Shown here: one piece after another, positions 11,841 to 25,521 of the stretch
How positions within the stretch are numbered: position 1 is the first letter of the stretch
How the letters are laid out: each line of letters starts with the position of its first letter
NCBI RefSeq assembly: GCF_963506605.1
Contig: NC_083292.1
Location: forward strand, 34,658,001-34,722,000
Source of the DNA: Zootoca vivipara
Lineage: Eukaryota
Length of the DNA: 64,000 bases
Direction: 5' to 3'
Position numbers and translations under genes: made by a program
The notes under the pieces: generated by a model
Database searches by the model: none
What the model was told of the DNA's origin: nothing
The model's input: the letters and a program-made list of their open reading frames with translations, nothing else

Positions 11841-13889
11841 TCTTACATTCATATACCACCTTTTCATCCAAGGAGCTCAAGATTTCCCCCCCCCCCACCA
11901 TTTTATCCTCACATAAACCCTGTGAGGTAGGTTAGGCAGTGACTGGCCCAAGGTCACCCAGTGAGGTTCATGGCTGAGTGGGGATTTGAACCCCCGTCTC
12001 CCAGGTCGTAGCATGTGTGGATTTGAACTCACAGGCTCTGGATCCCCAGCCACTGGCTCCCCCCACCCCACGAGTAACAGGCCCAATGGTCTCCCCGGCT
12101 GGGACAGTTGCCCCTGGCAACATCAGTCTCCCTCCCTTCTGTTCAGCCAGGTGTGGCAAACAGGATGCAGGGGACAGGTGGGGAATCTGTTGCTAAGCAA
12201 CAAGAGACCAGGGACCTCTCAGTGGGATGATGGGACTAAGAGAGATGCTGGAGTTCTGGCTGTGTGTTTGTATGTGTGTGTGTGTCTTTTTTTCTTCTGA
12301 AGTTCAGCGTGCCTGCCTTCGTTCTTAAAATCAGCAGAGAATGGAACTGTTTTTCAGCTGTTTTCTTGGAAATAAACCTCTTTGTGTACAAAATACAGAT
12401 AAATAAACCTCTTTGTGTACAAAATACAGAGATAGAGATCAAGAGAGAGAGAAGTGAGGAGAGGTAAGGGAGAAAAACCAGCCCTTCAGCCCTTCAGCCC
12501 TTCAGGGTGGGGCAGGGTTGGGTTTGGAAAGGGACCCTGCAAAGGCAACAAGTTCGAATCCTTTACTGGGGAGTGAACAAGATCTACACCCAGTATAGGC
12601 CTGACCAGGCACTTCGTTCTGCAGAACAGAGCTGAGCATTAAGTTCACACTTGCAAGGAATCTGTCCTTCAGGACCTAATCTCTGGAACTCCCTGTCCCT
12701 TGATATTAGGCAGGCGCCTTCGCTGTTTCTGGAGCCTGTCTAAAGACTGCGTTGCTTTCAGCAGGCCTAACCAGACGTGTAATTTGGACCGGTAATTATA
12801 TTTTCTAATGTATGTTTTTCATAGCTGCTGATTTTGCTTATCTTTGGATCAATTTTGGGTTAGCTTCCTCTTACTGTTAGCTAAGTTCAGTAGCCTGTTG
12901 CAGCAGCCAAGCCCTTCTGATAGTCTTACGGAGCCTCCATATCCAGGCACAGTCTAACTCGTTCCCTAGGTCTTATGGGCATTTTGGCCACTGTGAGAAC
13001 AGGATGCTGGGCTATGATGGGCCATTGGCCTGTTCAAGAACTGGGCTCTTCTGATGTTCTTAATTGTCTCCGCCAATCCTTCTGGCACGCTGACATTCTC
13101 CCCAAGCCACGCCAGCCACCCCTCCAGGCCCCGGACGCCAGTCAGCCCACCACAAAGACACTTCTCCTGTTTGACAAGAGAGCACCCTGAGCCGGCTGGG
13201 AATAAGCGCTGGGTGGCTCGGCAGAGTCCCGTCTGGGCTTGCAGGCCTGAGGGGAGCAGCAATGGGGCAGGCGGGGAGCAGGGGTGGGTCGAGAATGCCC
13301 GCACTCAGCAGAAACGTTTGCATCCCGTTGAAAATGCAGCCTTGGCAGTTTCATTCAAAGGCAAAACTCTCCGGTGCTCAGCGTGAGCTACTGGTAGACG
13401 AGGCCGGGCCTCAATTGGTAGCTGGAAAATCAGGCCACACGACTGGAAGTTTCTACTCATTCACAACTTTTACAGCGAGAGAGGGTGGCTGCCATGAGCA
13501 GGGTTGGTGTGTGTGGCCCTCTAGGCCGCTCTGTCTGGCCCTTGCAACTTTCCTCAGGCCACGCCCCTTAAACACAGGCCACACCCCCTCAACAGCCCTG
13601 CTTCTCACATGGCCAACATATTATCTGCATTAGCTTAATAACTGCTTTTGTCTCTTTATGGCCGCTGCAAGTTCCAAAAATGATTTCCTGAAGCTGACTA
13701 CACCAGGGGGTGAGGAACCTCAAGCCAGCAGGTCAAATGCGGCCCCCCGAGGCGCTTAGCCCGGCCCTCAGAAACCTGCCCAGGGTCACGCCCCTGTTTT
13801 GCACACTCCCCAAGTGTTTTTGCCTGACTGGATTGTGCCCTTGAACGATGACCATGCCTTTTGCTCGATTATTGGATGGAAGATGGAGC

Positions 13890-14450
13890 ATATAGTTCTA
13901 GATCTGGGAGGGGACCCTCCCCTACTAAACCCTAGAAATTAATAAATGGTGGGGTTTTTGGTTATTTGGGATGTGAAGGGAGAAACGCCAGCTGCAGAGG
14001 AATTCCCGGGCTAGCCTCTGCAAAAAAAAATGACTTGCCCAAGCCAGGGCCATTAAGAAATAATGCAGGGCCACTGAGAGCCATTGGCAATGCAACAGAA
14101 CTTTCCCCCTGGTCCTGAGGTGTGAACAGATCCTGGGGGGTTTGGAAGGTTGCCAGGGTTAGGTGACAGAAACAGAGGTGTTTTGGGAAGAAGAAAGACT
14201 GGGTTCCATCTTTGGCAGGCTGGCTGGAGGCTTCTTGCAGTGCTGTGGGGGACAAGCCCCTCATGAAATGACCATGCTGTAAGATCCGGACTCCCTCCAT
14301 GCAGACGGAAGGGGTAAATAGGTGAATAAACCATATTTCTTAAAGCTACGCCAGTCTCCGCCGTGTCTCAATTCCCCAAAGGAACACAGACCCTGGAAGA
14401 CAGCCTGGAGCCCCCTGGGATGTTGCTATCGCTCAGCAAAGCGTGGGGAG
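13890..14450 (+). repeat. Unclassified LTR-like dispersed repeat
   Basis: 14270-14378 matches 62199-62308 in reverse complement (ACCATGCTGTAAGATC..., GTGAATAAACCATATTTCTTAAAGC...). Contains AATAAA; boundaries uncertain. Confidence 0.45.
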
Positions 14451-15164
14451 CTATGCCAGATTTACGTATAAGCTAAACAAGCTATAGCTTAGGGCCCCAC
14501 TCTCTTGGGGGCCCCAAAACAATTTAAAGGAGAAGAAAACCCTCAAATATTTTAGGGGGGGAGGAGCAAAGAGACCTCAACCCTAGAAGTTAGGTCCTAT
14601 GTCTGGAGAAGAGGGGACTTTGGTAGCTGTGGGACGGCAGGGACATTCAATCTCTACAACTGCTTCATAGGCGCAAGACCTACCGATGAGCATTAGCTGT
14701 GCTCACTAGGCCTGACATCCCTGTGCAAATCCTGTTTTTTTTCTAATAAAGAGTTAACTCTCCTTGCTTTGTGTGATTTACTGCTGGCTTGATCCTGACA
14801 CTGTGGTTTCCAGCAACTGATATTCTAGGGCTGCCATATTTCAAACAGCGAAATATTTTGTTTTGCCCAAAGTTGTCGAGCTTTTTTGGCAATGCTGCTG
14901 ACTGCAGTATTCCGGATATATCAAGGAAATGCTGGTTTCAAAAATCATGGCTAGTAGCCATCGATAGCCTGCTCCATGGCTGCTCCACCCTCTTTTGCCT
15001 CTGGCATGTGGTCCCTGGAAGGCCCTTGGGCTGAAAAATAGCAGAATCATAGAATTGTAGAGTTAGAAGGGACCCCCAAGGGTCATCTAGTCCAACCCCC
15101 TGCAATGCATGAATCTCAGCTAAAAAGCATCCACGGCAGATGACCAATGAGGGCCCAAAATACA

Positions 15165-15309
15165 TAGCTCAGTTGGCTAGAGCATGGTGCTGATAATGCC
15201 AAGGCTGTAGGTTCGATCCCCGTAAGGGACAGCTGTGTATTCCTGCACTGCAAGGGGGTTGGACTAGAGGACCCTCAGGGTCCCTCCCAACTATGTCATT
15301 GTATGAGTC
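15165..15309 (+). mobile_element. tRNA-Ile-derived CR1-tailed SINE
   Basis: TAGCTCAGTTGGCTAGAGCATGGTGCTGATAATGCCAAGG...GTTCGATCCCCGT followed by the same CR1 tail. Confidence 0.78.
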
Positions 15310-15579
15310 TGTGCTTCTAATCTTGCCTCCCTTCTCCCCCTCCAAAAAAAAGAAGAAGGCAGCAAAGAAACAAACCCAGTGAAGTTTTAAAGCAAACTTT
15401 ATTGTGGAAAGAGAAAGAGGTGTGGAATAATCTCCTCACGGCACAGCCTCCAGATCAGAGAGGTGTCGTTGATGGGGCCTTTGTGAGGGAGAAGGAGAGA
15501 ACAGGTGCGAGGCTGAGCTCTCAGGTCTCCGGCCTGCACAGACACCACAATTGCCCTTGATTCTGCCCCACCCCTCAGA

Positions 15580-15765
<186 letters not shown>

Positions 15766-15770
15766 TCATG

Positions 15771-16123
15771 GTAAAGGTAAAGGGACCCCTGACCATTAGG
15801 TCCAGTTGAGACCGACTGGAGTTGCGGCGCTCATCTCGCTTTACTGGCCGAGGGAGCCGGTGTACAGCTTCCAGGCCATGTGGCCAGCATGACTAAGCCG
15901 CTTCTGGTGAACCAGAGCAGCGCACGGAAATGCCATTTACCTTCCCGCCGGAGCGGTACCTATTTATCTACTTGCACTTTGACGTGCTTTCGTACTGCTA
16001 GGTTGGCAGGTGCTGGGACCAAGCAACGGGAGCTCACCACGTTGCAGGGATTCGAACCGCCGACCTTCTGATTGGCAAGCCCGCGTAGGTTCTGTGGTTT
16101 AACCCACAGCGCCACCCGCGTCC
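15771..16123 (-). mobile_element. Sauria SINE with TSD TGGATTTCATG in S100A4 intron 2
   Basis: Full-length copy with an 11-bp TSD at 15760-15770 and 16124-16134. Confidence 0.92.
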
Positions 16124-17396
16124 TGGATTTCATGCAGGAGGTTTAAAAGGAGATATGGGGTTGTCACAACATGGCCGGGAAGGAACGGGGCTGTCGGACG
16201 CCTGCTCCATTGTGCGAGAGCTTTTGTCTCACCAGCTTCGCAGGGAAAAACCGGCTGTTTATTGCTGAATCGGAACGAACGCTGATTCGCAGAAAACCCA
16301 GTTGGCATTCATTCTGATTCAGCAGTAAACAGTGGAGGGGGGGAGGGTGTTTCCCTGTTGCCCCAGCCACTCTGGGTTGCTTCTAGCCACAGAGGCTACC
16401 TTTGCCCTCCAGGGGCAGGGTCAGACCCAGAGAAGGACTAACCTTTTTGCATGTGCGTGTTTTTAGTTCTTGGACAAAGCAGTGCCATCTGCTGCCTTGG
16501 TAAAGGGTTGCTGAAAGGCACACCTTTCAGTTACGTCTGTCTCTCTGACTTGCTTATGCGTCCTGCTTCCCCATTGGGCTTTTGTATAGCCGGCACATGG
16601 ATGGAGGACGATGGACACTGATAGCCACCAGACTGCTCCAATGGCTTGGAGCGCAAGGCACACCCATCTGCCAGACTGCAGGGCAAAACCAGTTGGGTCT
16701 TGCCCAGGGATGGGGAGCCTGTGGCCTTCCGGACTCCAGCTCACATCAGCCCCAGCCAGAATGGTCAGGGACGAAGGGAGCTGGAGCCCTGACCATATCT
16801 GGAGGGCCACAGGGCCCCGCACCCCTGTCCCAGACACATGTCCCAACCAATCAGGGATCACCTATTAAATGCACATGCAGAGGTGTGAAGCAGGAATGGG
16901 GAGCCCGTGGCCCTCCAGATGTGGTTGGACTCCAACTCCCATCAGCCTCAGCAGGGATGCTGGGAGTTGTTGTCCAACAGCAACTGGAGAGCCCACAGCT
17001 CTGCATTAGAAGATGCAATCGGGATAGATGTCGGAAAGGCAAATGTCAGTCTAGTTCAGGGATAGGGAGCCTGTGGGCCCACTAGATGTTGCTGTATTCC
17101 AGGCCCCATCATCCATCAGTCAGAGATGATGAGAGCTGTAGTCCATCTGGAGGGCCATAAGTTCCCCACCCTTGTCCTAGGCACATGCCCCAACCAATCA
17201 GGGATCACCCAGAGATTCTAGTCCTCATGGTTCAGAATAAAGGGCAGCACGTCTCCAGAGTTTCAGGAAAGGATTCTGTTGCAGCCCTACCTGGAGATGG
17301 CAGGGATTGAACCTTCTGCATACAAAGCTGATGTTCTACCACTGAGCTGTCGCCCTTCCCTGAAAAATAATGTACGTTTCTAGTCCTCATGGTCTA

Positions 17397-17828
<432 letters not shown>

Positions 17829-18642
17829 CTAAGGCTACGTTCACACCAGATATTTAAATCACTATGATACCATTTTAAACACTCATGGCTTGCCCCAAAG
17901 AATTCTGGGAGCTGTGAATTGTTATGGGTGCTGTTAGGAGACCCGAACTTCATTCCCAGAGTGGTTTGACAAGCAATCCCTTTTCTTCCCGGGGAACTCT
18001 GGGAATTGTAGTTCTGTGCCTCGCATAGAGCCCCAAGTGGTTGGAATTTGTACTGCAACATAATTGATATATTCTTCACGGGAGTCTTGTAGACATAGCC
18101 AAGGGTCAATATACTCATTTGAACAAGCACGGTGCAAGTGCTGTCAATCACATTATAGTCTCTCCTTCATCAACAAGTTAATGCAAAGCGGCTAAGAAAG
18201 TTATGGCTAAGACAACTGGGGATTCTCGTAAGAATCCATCAGAGGAATTCATGCAAACTTTGATCAAACGTTGTTTGGGTTATGAGACTCCGCTAAACAC
18301 CAAGAAACTGAACATTAAACAGGTTTAAATGGTGGTACGATTGGTGCCTTTAAAGCATCACAAGGAGTGAATCAAGGTTGCATTCTGGCTCCCACTCTTT
18401 TAACGTCTAGATTAATGATTTGGTGCCAACGCAAAACTTCCCACTGCAGTAATTAGGGACAGAAAAATCTCAATAGTGATGTATACAGATTATTAAGTGC
18501 TCCTCTTTCTTTCCCGATTGGGCGTCAAAAAATCTCTTGGAGGTGTTCAGCACATACTGTAACCAGGAATGCCTATCTATAAATTAAGATCAACAGTATG
18601 ATGTTTGGCAAACATAGTCCTAGGTATAAATGCTGCTTAGAA

Positions 18643-19181
18643 AGGGACACAGGTAGCACTGTGGTCTAAACCATTGAACCTCTTGGCCTTGCTGATCAGA
18701 AGGTCGGCGCTTCAAATCCCTGCAACAGGCTGAGCTCCCGTTACTCTGTCCCAGTTTCTGCCAACTTAGCAGTTCAAAAGCACACCAGTGCAAGTAGATA
18801 AATAGGTATCGCTGTGGCGGGAAGGTAAACGGCGTTTCCATGCACTCTGGTTTCTGTCATGGTGTCCCGTTGCACCAGAAGCAGTTAAGGCAGGCATCCC
18901 CAAACTGCGGCCCTCCAGATGTTTTGGCCTACAACTCCCATGATCCCTAGCTAACAGGACCAGTGGTCGGGGAAGATGGGAATTGTAGTCCAAAACATCT
19001 GGAGGGCCGAAGTTTGGGGATGCCTGGGTTAAGTCATGCTGGCCACATGACCCGGAAAGCTGTCTGTGGACAAACGCCGGCTCCCTCAGCCTGAAAGCGA
19101 GCTGAGCGCCACAACCCCATAGTTGCCTTTGACTGGACTTAACCATCCAGGGGTCCTTTACCTTTTTTTCTTTTTACCTTT
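18643..19181 (+). mobile_element. Sauria SINE interrupted by a roughly 137-bp hAT MITE (about 18891-19026)
   Basis: SINE head and tail recognisable; CAGGCATCCCCAAACT...AGTTTGGGGATGCCTG TIRs inside. Confidence 0.85.
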
Positions 19182-19730
19182 GCTGCTTAGATCAGCAAGC
19201 TATAGGACAGGTGCGCTCATTTAGAAACCTGGGTCTACTCATTAGCGAAACCCTCTCTTGGAAGTGTCATAATGGAGACAATGCAAGTCAAAGCACAGAA
19301 AACCATAGGGGCATTGATGAAGTTCAGTTGCAATAGGAGAGGGTAGCTGATTGAACCTGCCCTAAAGATATTTGGTAGCAAAATGCTTACTCAAGTGCTC
19401 TATGTTGTTGAAATCTGGGGCTCTGATTTGAACTCTTATTAAAATTTTGTAAACGGTGCAGAAGATATATATTTGGAAGCTACACTTTCTACCATCAGGA
19501 ATATTAGCAGTTCTTCTTCGTAAAGAATACAGGTGACCAAAATTCAAGGCATGAGCAGACTGCACTCAATTAAACTACCTTTAAAAAATTGCTCCTATGC
19601 CTATTGAGCATTTTCCTGTGCTATGGAATTGGGTGATAACCAGCTCTGGAAAGCAGCTTCTCAAGATAGTTTAGACTATTATTATTTCCCAGAACTGAGC
19701 TCTGCTTCGTTGAGGAGTAAATGCGAACTA

Positions 19731-20093
19731 GGTAAAGGTAAAGGTAAAGGTACCCCTGACCGTTAGGTCCAGTCGCGGACGACTCTGGGGTTGTGGCACT
19801 CATCTCGCTCTATAGGCCGAGGGAGCCGGCGTTTGTCCACAGACAGCTTCCAGGTCATGTGGCCAGCATGACTAAGCCACTTCTGGCAAACCAGAGCAGC
19901 ACACTGAAATGCCGTTTACCTTCCCGCCGGAGTGGTACCTATTCATCTACTTGCACTTTAACGTGCTTCCAAACTGGTAGGTGGGCAGGAGCTGGGACCG
20001 AGCAACGGGAGCTCACCCCATCACGGGGATTCGAACCGCTGACCTTCTGATCGGCAAGCTCAGTGGTTCAGACCACAGAGCCACCCGCGTCCC
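19731..20093 (-). mobile_element. Sauria SINE
   Basis: Full-length, with flanking duplication TGCGAACTA. Confidence 0.9.
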
Positions 20094-20172
20094 AAGTGCG
20101 AACTAAGGGATTGCCTTTTCTGGATAGAATCCAGAAGGAACCTCCCACAAACAATTTCCCCCTTGGTATCCA

Positions 20173-20523
20173 GGGACCCAGGTGGCGCTGTGGTTAAACC
20201 ACTGAGCCTAGGGCTTGCTGATCAGAAGGTCGGCGGTTCGAATCCCTGTGACGGGCTGAGCTCCCGTTGCTTGGTCCCAGCTCCTGCCAACCTAGCAGTT
20301 CGAAAGCACGTCAAAATGCAAGTAGATAAATAGGAACCGCTACAGCGGGAAGGTAAACGGCGTTTCCATGTGCTGCTCTGGTTTGCCAGAAGCGGCTTTG
20401 TCATGCTGGCCACATGACCTGGAAGCTATACGCCGGCTCCCTCGGCCAATAATGCGAGATGAGCGCGCAACCCCAGAGTCGGTCACGACTGGACCTAATG
20501 GTCAGGGGTCCCTTTACCTTTTT
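20173..20523 (+). mobile_element. Sauria SINE
   Basis: Full-length, inverted relative to 19731-20093. Confidence 0.9.
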
Positions 20524-22727
20524 ATCCGCTCTCGAGAAAAGAGCATTCCAGAACTAATTATCTGACCACACTCTCGCCAGACAAGAAATGCTTTGATTGA
20601 GCTGCATCATTTCCAAGTGATGCCCACTGCAGTCTTGGATGGTCGCTTCAACAAGATCCATCATTCAAATGAGTGGTCGCTTCCACCTGAGGTTAACCAA
20701 AAATACAAAGTCTATTTTTGGTTAACCTCAGGTGGAAGACATTACTCATTATCTGTTACCTTGTCCCTTGTATAGAGAGCCCCAAGAGATCGCTTTCTGA
20801 AATCTTTGCACATACAAGCAAACAGGCCCATCCTGGCAGAAATGGATTGGTTTCTTTTGAGTGACAATAAGACCTTTGTATCATACAGAGTGGCCCTTTT
20901 TGCACTGGCTGGAAGAAAAACAACAACAAGCAGGAAAAAGGAGTTAGATAAAATCACTATAAATTGTTGTGGTGATTTGGAGGTTTAATCTGGAGTCAAG
21001 CTGGAATTTGAGTTTGTTGGTGTCTCTGGTAATTCTGGAGGTTGGAAAATTGGATTCTAAAAAGGCAAGATAATATTAGAACTGCAGATGTCAGAGATGC
21101 ACAAGGGAAACTGTGTTTTAACACTAAGGAAAGTCTTTTTTATATTATGGATTTTTACCTTATGGGCGTATGGTCTGTATTATTTTATTAACGCTTTTGC
21201 TTAATGCAAGCCTTTGTCTAGAACAATAAACTTATGACATGGGTGGCATCAGAGTCTATATTTTTATTTTTCATCGCCTCCAGACTGAGGTTTGCTGAAG
21301 GAAGACAACACCCAGCTTTAGTCAGCCACAGAATCTGGAGATGGTAGAAAAAGGAAATGGGAAACTCTGAGTCATGATGAAATAATCAGTAGTAGAATTT
21401 GGTGGCAAAGTCAGAGGAGGCTTGAGTAAAACAGATGGGAGGGGGGAACTCCAGAAAGGAATCCGTACTTATTCGGGTGGAGGTGATACCCCTGTCCCCT
21501 AAACTGATGGTTGTTCCTCTTGATCCCAGACATGTGGGAGAATTTAGTTGCAGTCAGTCACTGGTTTTGGAGGGCAGGAGGTGAGGAAAGTACATTGTGT
21601 GCATGTTCTGGCACACCTTTTAGAGTTAAGTGTCAAGAGGCCAGTCCTTATGACTAGCAGGTTCTACCTGGAGGGAGGGACCGTTTTAGGGATGAGAAAA
21701 CCATTCCATTTCACTTTCCCGCAGTTCCTCATTTTTCCAACTTTAAGTTCAGCACTCCACATTTCCACATCAGCTTTCTTCCTTGAACCCCGATTAAAAA
21801 TATTTTTTTAATTTTTTTAAAGAATTGAGCCTGAGCTTGTTCCCCCCCTCCCTCCCATGAAAATTCATCAGCAACTTAGTGCAAAATTTCCCCCAATAAG
21901 ACACATCCTTGGAGGTCGTTTTGCCTAATATAATGCATTCTAGTTTCATGGATTAGCACATTTTAAGGCACACATTCCCCTAATCTATGCCTTTTGGGAG
22001 GGGGGGGTTACACATTACTTGGCTGGAGAACCGCTTGGCAAAATTCAAAGAAGTGCGAATTTTCAAAGGTTGGTTGTGTTTTAGTTCTTGTGCTATTTTG
22101 GAAAGAGTGGGTTATACTGTATAGGTTTGTTTGCCTTTAAATACAAATTGAGCTGAATCCCCCCCCCCCAAAGTCGCTACCTAGCTGATCGTGATCCACA
22201 AGGAGAAAAGTCGCTTTGTGATCAGCTGAATGCGCAGTCTGATATAGGGCAGGATAGACACACATAGGATTGCACTGAGAATTGCTGTACCGAGTATTTG
22301 AAGCATCCTTCTGTATTTGTCATGGCTTCCCCACCACCACCACAAATAATCCTGGGAACCGTCATTTGTTAGGGGTGCTGAGAGTTGTTAGGTGACAAAC
22401 ACTCCCCCCCCCAAATTCTCCACCCAGAGCCCCAATTTCCAGAGTCAATCCATCTCTCTTCCTGTGAAACTGGCAATTGCAGCTCTGTGAGGGGAATATT
22501 TGCTGTCACACACAGAGAGACACACTACTTCTCATTCGAAATGAAAGGCAAGGACCAGCTATCAGGTTCTGAAAGAATCAGTGCCTTCTAGTTGTCCAGA
22601 ATCTGACCATGGGTTGTGGGGGGGGGCGGCGGGAAGCAATGCCTCCTACTTTAAAAAGCCACACCCTTTAGCCACTGGGAATCTGAGCATGCGTAGAGTG
22701 CTATTATTTGGTAGGAAAGTCCTATTA

Positions 22728-22978
22728 TAGTCGTACCTCGGCTCCCAAACGTCTTGGGAGTCCAATGTTCTGGCTCCCGAACGATCGAAAATCGGAAGTG
22801 AGCGTTCCGGTTTTGGAACATTCTTTCGGAAGCTGAACGTCTGACAAGGCTTCTGCGGCTTCCGATTGGCTGCAGGAGCTTCCCGCAGTCAACCAGAAGC
22901 TGCGCTTGGGTTTCCGAACGTTTCAGAAGTCGAACGGACTTCCAGAACGGATTCCGTTCAACTTCCGAGGTACGACTG
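22728..22978. mobile_element. Tc1/mariner MITE (second family)
   Basis: AGTCGTACCTCGG...CCGAGGTACGACTG|TA. Relatives at about 24959-25199, 36908-37150, 38149-38351, 45556-45780 and 49108-49349. Confidence 0.8.
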
Positions 22979-23781
22979 TATAGATAGATGAATAGATAGA
23001 TACCTAGGCAGCCACACCCTTTATTCACTGAGCATGTGCAGAGTGCTGTTTGGGGATGGGGAGAGAAAGCCCTGGCTGCTATAAAAACAAACCCACAGCC
23101 ATTAGCTGCTGGGAACCCGAGTGCATGCAGAGTGCTACCCTTCCTGTTTGCTGAATAACAGCCCCTTTGCAAGCATATTGGATTGCGTAGGAATCAGAGG
23201 CGTCCTGTTGTAGAGTCGCTGTTCTGCTCTCTGTTGCTACCTGTGGTAAGACTCTGGCTGAAGGGAGTGGAGGGACACAATGCTGTGCATGCCACTCACT
23301 GGAGAAACAAATTGCACTTCTGCAAAATATGGATGAAATTTGGGTGAAAACAGTCATTCTTACATCTATCGAATCCTGGCGTAATTCACTGAAGAACATC
23401 TGGGGACTTGAGCTCCTTTCCAGGGCTGGTAGCATTAAGTGCCTACCTCGCTGCAAAGAGGTCTGTTTTTTGTGTGTGGGTGAGATCCCACGTCAAGAAT
23501 CATACTCGGAAATGGACACATTGAAATCGATGGACTTACGTAACGTTGAGTTGCAGCCGTATTACTCCTCCTCACAGCAGACCCACAGAAGTTAATCAGC
23601 ATGGGGTTGTATCCAACCACATTCTGCTCAGGGCCATTGCAGTTAACAAACCTGAGTTCGTGTCGATTAACTTCAGTGGGTCTACTCTGAGTAGGGCTAC
23701 CTTTGACTACAGCTCAACGGTGAATTTTGGCCCCTTAACTTCACTGTGCCTGCTCTAAGTAGAACTTAGTTGGGTAACCAC

Positions 23782-23871
23782 CATAGCTGCCAAGTTTTCC
23801 CTTTTCTCACGAGGAAGCCTATTCAGCATAAGGGAAAATCCCTTAAAAAAAGGGAGAACTTGGCAGCTATG
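23782..23871. mobile_element. 90-bp hAT-type MITE, TSD GTAACCAC
   Basis: Perfect 15-bp TIR CATAGCTGCCAAGTT and a perfect 8-bp TSD. Confidence 0.88.
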
Positions 23872-24126
23872 GTAACCACCCTAAAAAAACCCACTGATTC
23901 CTGTGGGTCTACTCTAAGTAGGGTATATTTGGCTACCACTCCCAAGCCACAAGGAAGTTCTGCACTTCTGGAACTGCTCCTGGACTCCGGCCAGCAGAAC
24001 ATCAGGCTGAAACTGATCCCCTCAGGAAGACAGCATCATCCTTGTTCTATTGACAAGGGTTTAATTTAATTTAATTTTTTTAAAGAAAAACAGACTAGGC
24101 GCTTAAAAATAACAAACAAGACTTAC

Positions 24127-24207
24127 CACAGCAACCAAACACCAAAGCGATCGAGGAGGCTACAGGGCAGGATATGAGGGCTTGTGACAACTCAAGCCAT
24201 ATTTAAA
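24127..24207 (-). promoter_or_regulatory. S100A4: Probable S100A4 core promoter and short non-coding exon 1
   Basis: TTTAAATA TATA-like box at 24207-24200 and GTAAGT donor at 24126-24121, in repeat-free sequence between the S100A3-like 3' end and S100A4 exon 2. S100A genes have a short non-coding first exon. Confidence 0.6.
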
Positions 24208-25521
24208 GCCTCGGCAAATCCGGCCTTTTATTTCGGTTGCGAAAAGTGTACACCCACCGGGTTCAGAAAGAGACCAATAAGGATCTCCCCCCAGGGTGTG
24301 TTTTTGTGGGGGAGGCTGGTGAGGATGCCAGGGCCATTGTGATCGCTGCCCCGCCCCTCTCTTTTGCACTCATCCTCGCAGCCCTCTCTCCAAATTCCCA
24401 GACCGATTCTTTCCAGCTGTCTGGCACAGAACGGCCTTGAAATGCCAGCTTTGGAAAGGCCGGCGTAGAAGTTCCAGAAAACAGGAGCGGGAGGGAAAGC
24501 AAGGGATGGCAAGTCAGAACAAGGGGAAAGAATAAGCAATGGGAAATGATGAGAGATGTGTCTTTAATGCACCAGGTCCGCTGGTAAAATAATTTTTATT
24601 CTTGGTAGTCGCGCCTGCCCTGTGGAATGCCCTCCCATCAGATGTCAATGAAATAAACATCTATCTGACTTTTAGAAGACATCTGAAGGCAGGGAGGGTT
24701 TTGTTCTACTGTTTGAGGTTGTGCGTTTTAATATTTTGCTGGAAGCTGCCCAGAGTGACAGGGGCAACTAGTCTGATATAGAAATAATAAAATAAAATAA
24801 AATAGTTATTGCTGTTATTGCTATTATTATATAAATGTCTAAGACTGATAAGTCTGAAAGTATCTAGTAGCCTCTCCTGACACATTCAACTCCCACTCTC
24901 ACAGCTCAGTTTTCGGAGACAGTTCAAGACAGCAGTCTTCCATGATCCTTGGTATATACACTGGTACCTCAGTTTATGAACAGCCCTGTTAATTAACTAT
25001 TTGGTTTACGAACTCCGCAAAACCAGAAGTAGTGTTCCGGTTTGCGAACTTTACCCTGGTCTAAGAACGGAATCCGAACGGTGGAAGGGCACTGGTAGCG
25101 GGAGGCCTCATTAGGGAAAGCGCGCCTTGGTTTAAGAACGGATTTGGTTTAAGAATGGACTTCAGGAGCGGATTAAGTTCGCAAACCGAGGTACCACTGT
25201 ATAACATTTCTATGACATTTTACACTTCTAACTTTGAGGCTCTTTCCCTCAAAGGTATGAGATGCTAAGGATCTGTCGCTCCACTACATTGTTGTTACTT
25301 TTTGTTTTATCCTTTCAGAAGCCCTTTTTTCTTGTTCTATTTCCCCATTTGTCTTGAGGCCCAAAACTGCTTTCTCGACTTAAGTAACAAAACGAAATAA
25401 AGACAAAGTTGATGAGAAAGAAGACGTGTCTCGAGATTTCAGAGACGGACACGGGGACCTCCTGGCACGGTTTTCCAACCTGCTTTGCAACCTTGGGCGA
25501 GTTGGGGCGCCATCTTGGTTT

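Larger units (their letters stand above)
18150..20990 (+). mobile_element. Old, heavily decayed non-LTR retrotransposon (RTE-X-like), split by three Sauria SINEs
   Basis: GVNQGCILAPTL (about 18360-18400), MYTDY as a YADD-like remnant (about 18480), and a C-terminal H..CPLYR remnant (about 20740-20790). Many stops and frameshifts. Confidence 0.5.
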
